Assembly: GCA_002269645.1 (NCBI GenBank)
Contig: NIVC01005192.1
Span: 1-22,560, forward strand
Reading direction: 5' to 3'
DNA: 22,560 bases
From: Macrostomum lignano
Taxonomy: Eukaryota
The position numbers and the translations under genes were made by a program. Under the pieces are notes generated by a model, which was not told where the DNA came from, searched no databases, and saw nothing but the letters and a program-made list of their open reading frames with translations. This document shows positions 20,190 to 22,560 of this stretch, piece by piece. Position 1 is the stretch's first letter, and each line of letters opens with the position of its first letter.

Positions 20190-20881
20190 AAATTGAGAAT
20201 TGACGCCCATGAAGAAGTCTATGCACGCGAACTCATGCACCAGGGCCAGTTCAATGTGTTTTACTTTGGAGCACAGATCGGGCCAGAGAGGCTACTGCAT
20301 GTATTTTTGGACCTATCCAGCAAGGCATACACGCCTTCACGGGCTGCAGTGAGGCACTCTATTAGCAGAGGAATGGCAGCTGTGTACGAGTACCACAATA
20401 AATTAAAGGACCATTACTCAGTACATTTAGTACGGGAAACCTCTTTTCTAGGAAACTTTTAGAGGCTGTTTTTTCGAAAATACACTACTGAGATAGGAAG
20501 TGTTCACGGAGATAGTATAACTTTTTACTATCGTCGGTATAATTTGCAATTAACTCTTGTGCCATCGCGCGTTGCAAGGACCTCTCTGTCTCCGGCATTG
20601 AAATGATGTACTGCAGGTTCGACAGCGGCTTTAGCACGCCAGGCAGAATGAAATGGCGTCTTCATAGACAGGTATATACATATTTTTTGGCACCGCATGC
20701 CTTACGTTACGTCCAGCTGGGACGAACTCAAAAGTACGAGACAGAAACTTTTAATTTGATAGCCTACGAAGCGACTGTTATCAAGTTGTTTTTAACATAT
20801 AGAAAAATGCTCTTCTTACCTAAATATAATTCTGAATCCTATATACTAAAAAAATTGAAAATAAACTTGTACATGCATTAG
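20190..20881 (+). CDS. Candidate exons (20190-20429 + 20579-20881) of a degenerate protein-kinase-like domain, TGF-beta type II receptor (BMPR2-like); pseudokinase or pseudogene
   Basis: The spliced model reads HEEVYARELMH...VRHSISRGMAAVYEYHNKLKDHYSVHL|DLSVSGIEMMYCRFDSGFS...QVYTYFLAPHAL...KYETETFNLIAYE. This parallels subdomains III-IX of BMPR2 ([74 protein letters not shown]). A 149-nt GT-AG intron (20430-20578) restores the frame, but its splice sites are weak. No subdomains I-II found. Confidence 0.4.
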
Positions 20882-21260
20882 TAAATCTACTGTATGCCAT
20901 ATAGAATTTACTTTTACTCTGAACTAAGCATGTGCAAGCAGTATATTTTCATGTAAGAAAGACGGACGGCAGTACATTAATAAAAGTGTAAATTTTTTTC
21001 GTAAAGCCTAATTGTACCATGGACCTATGCGCGATCATACATTTAATCGTATAATTTTACTTTCAGCTTCAAATATGAGTATTGCCTCTAAACTATAGTC
21101 CTTTAGTTAGTAAACTCCTATTGGTTCTGTCCATGCACTTCCTTCATTGGTAGCCACCACTGCCCATACATATATTAAAAACGCTGTTGACTCAATCCTT
21201 CCACAATCATTTCCACAACTCCGATTTCTAAGCTTTCCAAACAATTTTCAAACACCGACT

Positions 21261-22022
21261 ATGTCTGCTTTGAAATATCTTAACTTTGCATGCACTTTTC
21301 TAGCACTAGCGTCGCTCACACAGTCGGAACTGAGCTGCAACTCCAAGTTCCACCCCATCACTGGCTACCTGTGCATTCGCCGTGAGTTCGTCCGCACCAT
21401 CGGCACCTGCTCCAATTATGCCGGCTGCTCAATGCTGTGCGCCAGAGACCGCCGCTGTCAGGCGTTCAGCCTGGCTGACGGTCCGTGCCAGCTGTTCGTG
21501 TTCGACAAGTGCAGCAAGTCGGTGAGGGACTGCGGCTGCTCCAGGAGAGGCCGGGTGTTTGTGAAGCAGCAGCCGGGACTCGAGGCGGGCGCGCTGTGTC
21601 CGTCTGGCTACGGAGACGACCTGTGCGGTGAAGTACAAGCTGCTGAATCTCTCTGGAACTTGGTGGCCGAGCAGAGAGAAGTGCGAGTCGGAGAGCGGTC
21701 TGGTGATCATGGCTGATGTGGTTGATGCGACCGAGATGAGCCACGTAGATGATTTCTACAAGAAGCACAGCCTCGGAAAGTCGTTCTGGCTCGGCGGCTT
21801 TCAGACTCCGGGAAGTTCAGAGCCGACAGGAGGCTGGCACTGGGTCGCGTGCAACATCAGCGTCGATGATGGACTCTGGGCCTCTGTTGAGCCAAACAAT
21901 TATAACAACGTTGAAAACTGTGTTGGCCGTTATCACGTGCGCCCAGGACTGAACGACATGGAAGAGAACAGTAAACGTCCACAGGTGTCCTTTGCGAGTG
22001 CGTGTCCCCCTTTGTCATGTAA
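21261..22022 (+). CDS. Secreted PAN/Apple-domain + C-type lectin protein, disrupted by two 1-nt frameshifts (pseudogene or assembly error)
   Basis: Signal peptide MSALKYLNFACTFLALASLTQS. PAN pattern CSMLCARDRRCQAFSLADGPCQLF. The CTLD is in the +1 frame from 21628 (KYKLLNLSGTWWPSREKC, FWLGG, GGWHW, EPNN, ENC, LND). Terminal GVLCECVSPFVM* returns to the original frame at 21984-22022. The repaired ORF is 253 aa. Confidence 0.8.
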
Positions 22023-22210
22023 TTCGATCAACGTACATTGCCTAAATATACATGTACGTAGTATTTTCCTCGGTGACTTTAAATGGTCATCTCTAGACAG
22101 GTCCGGAAGACCTCCCTGACCGGCCCGCGCCTCTCATGCGGGCTTCTCAGAGATTAGCGGAATGGGCGACGCTCGCCTCCCCGCTGCCTCTTCAGATCGC
22201 GCTGCAGCTC

Positions 22211-22316
22211 TCACGAGCACCCAGGACTGAGGGACTTCAAAGAGAACAGTAAACTTCCACGGGGTGTCCTTTGTGAATGCGTGTCCCTTTCGTCATATAG
22301 TTGTTAATCAACGTAC
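22211..22316 (+). repeat. Diverged partial tandem duplicate of the lectin 3' end (copy of 21933-22036)
   Basis: CCCAGGACTGA...GAGAACAGTAAAC...GTGTCCTTTG...TGCGTGTCCC...ATCAACGTAC is shared. This copy reads HEHPGLRDFKENSKLPRGVLCECVSLSSYSC* without a frameshift. Confidence 0.85.
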
Positions 22317-22354
22317 GTACAACGTACAACGTACAATACTGCTCTCACGCGACC

Positions 22355-22533
22355 CAGGGACTACTCAAACACCGGACGGGAAACTAGAATTTTTTTACGA
22401 GGCTGGTCTATCATCAGCAGTAGAAAATAACCATAGACAACAAAGTAACACAGCATCTCTCTAATGAAAATAATTGCCAGCCAGCCTCGTAAAAAAATTT
22501 TAGTTTCCCGTCCCGGTGTTTGAGTAGTCCCTG
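22355..22533. mobile_element. hAT-superfamily MITE (179 bp, ~52-bp TIRs, 8-bp TSD ACGCGACC)
   Basis: TIRs CAGGGACTACTCAAACACCGG... (22355-22406) and ...GTTTGAGTAGTCCCTG (22481-22533) differ by 1 substitution and 1 indel. Perfect 8-bp direct repeats at 22347-22354 and 22534-22541. CAGGG ends and an 8-bp TSD are hAT hallmarks. Confidence 0.95.
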
Positions 22534-22560
22534 ACGCGACCCTAACTCAATATTCTAACT

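Noticed and set aside
21429-21768. Minus-strand ORFs over the lectin gene
   Set aside because: Antisense shadows of GC-rich coding sequence.

Overview
Eukaryotic (invertebrate animal) genomic DNA with spliceosomal introns. I found no prokaryotic features, rRNA, tRNA or CRISPR. Genes: (1) a divergent two-exon TRPV5/6-like ankyrin-repeat cation channel on the minus strand (618-2435; the two ORF-track pieces join across an 87-nt GT-AG intron); (2) ARV1 on the minus strand (5194-7297), whose intron is mostly a ~960-bp (GACA)n array; (3) a secreted PAN/Apple + C-type lectin gene on the plus strand (21261-22022) carrying two mutually compensating 1-nt frameshifts, followed by a partial duplicate of its 3' end; (4) candidate exons of a degenerate TGF-beta type II receptor-like kinase domain (20190-20881). 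Between about 7.3 and 19.4 kb lies an AT-rich, CpG-depleted block of transposon remains. It holds a Helitron-like end, two minisatellites, a HINE/DINE-1-like element, a Mutator (MULE) relic, a DD34D mariner relic and a Tc1/mariner MITE. A young hAT MITE with a perfect 8-bp TSD sits near the right end of the window. The most unusual signal is mutational: the old transposons show ordinary CpG decay plus repeated apparent TpG>TpA / CpG>TpA changes (RIP-like), and the palindrome TAGGCCTA is strongly enriched. All protein family calls are by-eye matches to remembered motifs; no database search was run.
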